Source: Puniceicoccaceae bacterium (lineage in GTDB: Bacteria; Verrucomicrobiota; Verrucomicrobiia; Opitutales; Oceanipulchritudinaceae). From it: 58,286 nucleotides of DNA. Positions within the stretch are counted from its first letter, which is position 1. Every line of letters starts with the position of its first letter. The notes below the pieces were generated by a model, which made no database searches, was not told where the DNA came from, and saw only the letters and a list, made by a program, of their open reading frames with translations. The position numbers and the translations under genes were made by a program. The stretch covers positions 1-58,286 of the forward strand of contig JBFOMH010000033.1 in the NCBI GenBank assembly GCA_040830765.1. Reading direction: 5' to 3'. This document shows, piece after piece, positions 56,006-58,286 of the stretch.

Positions 56006-57374
56006 GGGCGCCCTCGATGCAGTCGTTGAGGCCCGGGCCGCCGCGGAAGTTGCCGCGCAAATGGAGGCCAGGGAAGGCCTTCTCGACGGCCTCCAGGGAC
56101 TCGAGGAAAAAGGCATGGCCGACATCATACTGGGGAATTGCCCGGGGCCAGAAGGTATGACTGGTGAATTCCGGGTCGCCGTGCAGTCCGAGGAGCGGCT
56201 TCAGGTCCTTGACGGTGGCCTCGACCAGGGCATCAGTGGCCAATTCCCCGTTTTCCGGTTGCTGGACACCCCCAATAAAGCACATCAGGGAGACCTTCCC
56301 TTCGGGGGCCCGTCCCGGGAAGAGGGTTGTTGAGAAAATGGCCCCGAGGGTGAAGCGTTCCTCCTTGCGCGGGCAGAGGACACCAAATCCATCCAATGGA
56401 TGGTCCACCTGGCTGCGGTCAAATCCAAGGACCAGGGTCGACAAGGGTGGATGGGCCGGAATGTCGATCCCGCCCAGGGCCGTCTTGAGGTCATCCGAAA
56501 AGGGCAATTCAGCATAGCTGTCCAAGGGAGTGGTCAAGACCACCTCGCTGGCTTCCAGGTGGAGCGGCTGTCCGTTGCCCGTCGCCGCAACCTCCCATGT
56601 GCCGCTGTTGCGCCCGATGGAAGTGATGGAGGTACCAGTGGAGACGCTCATGCCGTCGCCGGAGGCCAGCGCCTGGACGAGTTCCTGCAATCCCTCCCGG
56701 AAGGAAATCATACGGCTCTTGAAGGGGACAATGCCCTGTTTCTTGCGTTCCCGTTTCAACTTGATGGCCCCGCCGATGAGGGAACCGTAGTTCTGTTCCA
56801 GGTTCCAGACCTTGGGGAAGGCGTGGCGGATGGAAAGGGCGTCAGGATTGCCGGCATAGATGCCCGAGACAAGGGCCGAGATGCCATACTCAAGGAAGGC
56901 GGGGCCCATGCGGCGACTGACAAACGAGGTGACGGATTCATCCTCCATCGCGGAGCGCTTAATGAAGGGTTCCGCGAGAAGCCTGAACTTCTCACCAATG
57001 CTGTAGAGGGGAGTGGTCACCCCGCCCATCGGCGACTGGGGAAGGGCTACGATTTTCCCGCCCTTGACGAGAAAGCGCTTGTTGGAGATTTCGTTGGCAT
57101 CGACCCGGGAGCCGTTCAAGCCCAGCTCGCCGATGAAGTTCCAGACCTTCTCCGACTTGACAAGGAAGGAATTGGGCCCGGCTTCGCAGAGGTAGCCGTC
57201 CTTGTTCTCCGTCTTCACGGCACCCCCAAGGCGGTTGCTCTTTTCCAGCAGATGGACGCGTTTCCCCTTGCGTCCGAGGGCGTTGGCAATGGCGAGTCCC
57301 GAAATGCCACCTCCGATGACAATTGTATCCACTTTCTGGGTTGCTTGCTCGGAAGTTTGGGATGGGTCGTCCAT
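55986..57374 (-). CDS. hemG: FAD-dependent protoporphyrinogen oxidase (HemY-type)
   Basis: IGGGISGL, EAGPNS, GIYAG, GFGVL, AIPQYDVGH. Confidence 0.92.
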   Translation of the reverse strand: MDDPSQTSEQATQKVDTIVIGGGISGLAIANALGRKGKRVHLLEKSNRLGGAVKTENKDGYLCEAGPNSFLVKSEKVWNFIGELGLNGSRVDANEISNKRFLVKGGKIVALPQSPMGGVTTPLYSIGEKFRLLAEPFIKRSAMEDESVTSFVSRRMGPAFLEYGISALVSGIYAGNPDALSIRHAFPKVWNLEQNYGSLIGGAIKLKRERKKQGIVPFKSRMISFREGLQELVQALASGDGMSVSTGTSITSIGRNSGTWEVAATGNGQPLHLEASEVVLTTPLDSYAELPFSDDLKTALGGIDIPAHPPLSTLVLGFDRSQVDHPLDGFGVLCPRKEERFTLGAIFSTTLFPGRAPEGKVSLMCFIGGVQQPENGELATDALVEATVKDLKPLLGLHGDPEFTSHTFWPRAIPQYDVGHAFFLESLEAVEKAFPGLHLRGNFRGGPGLNDCIEGALTFGED

Positions 57375-57384
57375 GGTGGTCTCC

Positions 57385-58286
57385 TCAGATGGTCTTGGCG
57401 TGACGCTTGGGTCCCGCCTGCAGGTATTCGTCGAAAGGCATGGCAATGTTGCGCAAAAGCAGTCGTCCGGCGCTGGTTACGAGGAACCCACCGTCATTGA
57501 ACTCAACAAGGCCGTCGCGTGCCGGTTCCTCAAGGGCGGCAATACCGGAGGCGAAGTGCTCCTCAAAGTTGATTCCGTAAGTGTCGTTGAATTTCTGATA
57601 CTGGACATCGCCGGAACACATGATGGCCATGATGACATCCCGGCGCAACTTGTCTTCCTCGGTCATCCGGTAACCCTTGTGGGCGGGCAGCTCATTGGCC
57701 TCGATGCTGGCATGCCACTCATCGAGTTCCTTCCGGTTCTGCCGGTAGCAGTGGCCGTTCTGGGAAATAGAGGACATCCCGAAGCCACACAACTCGGAAC
57801 CGGCCATGGTCGTGTAGCCCTGGAAGTTGCGGTGCAGTCCGCCTTCCTTGAGAGCCTTGGACAACTCATCATCTTCCTTGGCGAAGTGGTCCATGCCGAT
57901 GTAGACGTAGCCGTTGCTGGTCAGGGTCTCGATGGTTTCGAGAAGCATGGCAAATTTCACCTCCGGGTCCGGCAGGGTGGAGCGCTCAAGGATCTTCTGG
58001 GCCGGGGCCACCCACGGGACGTGGGCATAGCTGAATACCGCCAGCCGGTCCGGTTCATAGGAAAGGACCGTCTCCAGGGTCTGCTGGAAGGACTCCACCG
58101 TCTGGTAGGGGAGCCCGTAGATGAGGTCGACATTGACCGACTCGATACCCGCCTCTCGGACCACCGGGAGCCACTGCGGGTTCTTTTTGTCCGGCTGGGT
58201 GGGGGGGCGGGCCTTCTCCCCCCTGGGGGGCGCACCCTGGACGCCTACGGGGGGCGGGTGGAAACCGGGTTTGGGGCGGTCCTTCC
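57385..58286 (-). CDS. hemN: Oxygen-independent coproporphyrinogen III oxidase, truncated by the window end
   Basis: NVDLIYGLPYQT, YAHVPW, IGMDHFA, LHRNFQGY, RNIAMPFD. The frame stays open to the window end. Confidence 0.93.
   Translation of the reverse strand, partial: KDRPKPGFHPPPVGVQGAPPRGEKARPPTQPDKKNPQWLPVVREAGIESVNVDLIYGLPYQTVESFQQTLETVLSYEPDRLAVFSYAHVPWVAPAQKILERSTLPDPEVKFAMLLETIETLTSNGYVYIGMDHFAKEDDELSKALKEGGLHRNFQGYTTMAGSELCGFGMSSISQNGHCYRQNRKELDEWHASIEANELPAHKGYRMTEEDKLRRDVIMAIMCSGDVQYQKFNDTYGINFEEHFASGIAALEEPARDGLVEFNDGGFLVTSAGRLLLRNIAMPFDEYLQAGPKRHAKTI

Noticed and set aside
54808..57385. hemW, hemG and hemN cluster as a novel heme system
   Set aside because: All three are standard heme-pathway genes, and the 20-bp convergent overlap of hemW and hemG is ordinary.
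58165..58286. Pro/Gly-rich divergent segment in HemN with G/C homopolymer runs
   Set aside because: HemN landmarks (GF, GVQ, KA, QP) persist in frame amid G/C-biased substitutions at the extreme end. This is best explained as low-quality contig-end sequence rather than biology.

Overview
Bacterial genomic window, most likely Verrucomicrobiota (Opitutales/Puniceicoccaceae-like). This assignment is inferred from gene types and order, not from a database search. The left part (1 to ~26 kb) is an accessory, cell-surface-rich region. It holds a 5'-truncated giant ELWxxDGT/FG-GAP/LRR/PKD protein (>3,800 aa), a CAP-domain protein, gdhA, a SAM methyltransferase, a Ser/Thr kinase + TIGR02999-type ECF sigma pair followed by secreted beta-propeller proteins, a LamG/FG-GAP protein, a Fic C-terminal remnant, a small GIY-YIG nuclease and a structured repeat abutting tRNA-Leu(UAA). 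The right part (26-58 kb) is housekeeping: ilvB with an unannotated leader peptide, ymdB, rpe, lptE, bamD, fabH-plsX-rpmF, aroC, ydbH-ynbE-ydbL, a hybrid kinase, rplU-rpmA, aroE, pilD, nadA, a Fur-like gene, nrdR, trmL, smpB, rpoZ, hemW, hemG and a truncated hemN. The most notable signals are: (i) a tRNA-3'-trailer repeat plus GIY-YIG module, with a second displaced copy of the tRNA 3' end and trailer 3.8 kb away; (ii) a GGCCC-N17-CGCTT candidate ECF promoter upstream of both the kinase-sigma operon and the next gene; (iii) an aromatic C-terminal module shared by unrelated secreted proteins; (iv) a Val/Leu-rich leader peptide upstream of ilvB with no classic U-tract terminator. The last ~120 bp look like low-quality sequence.
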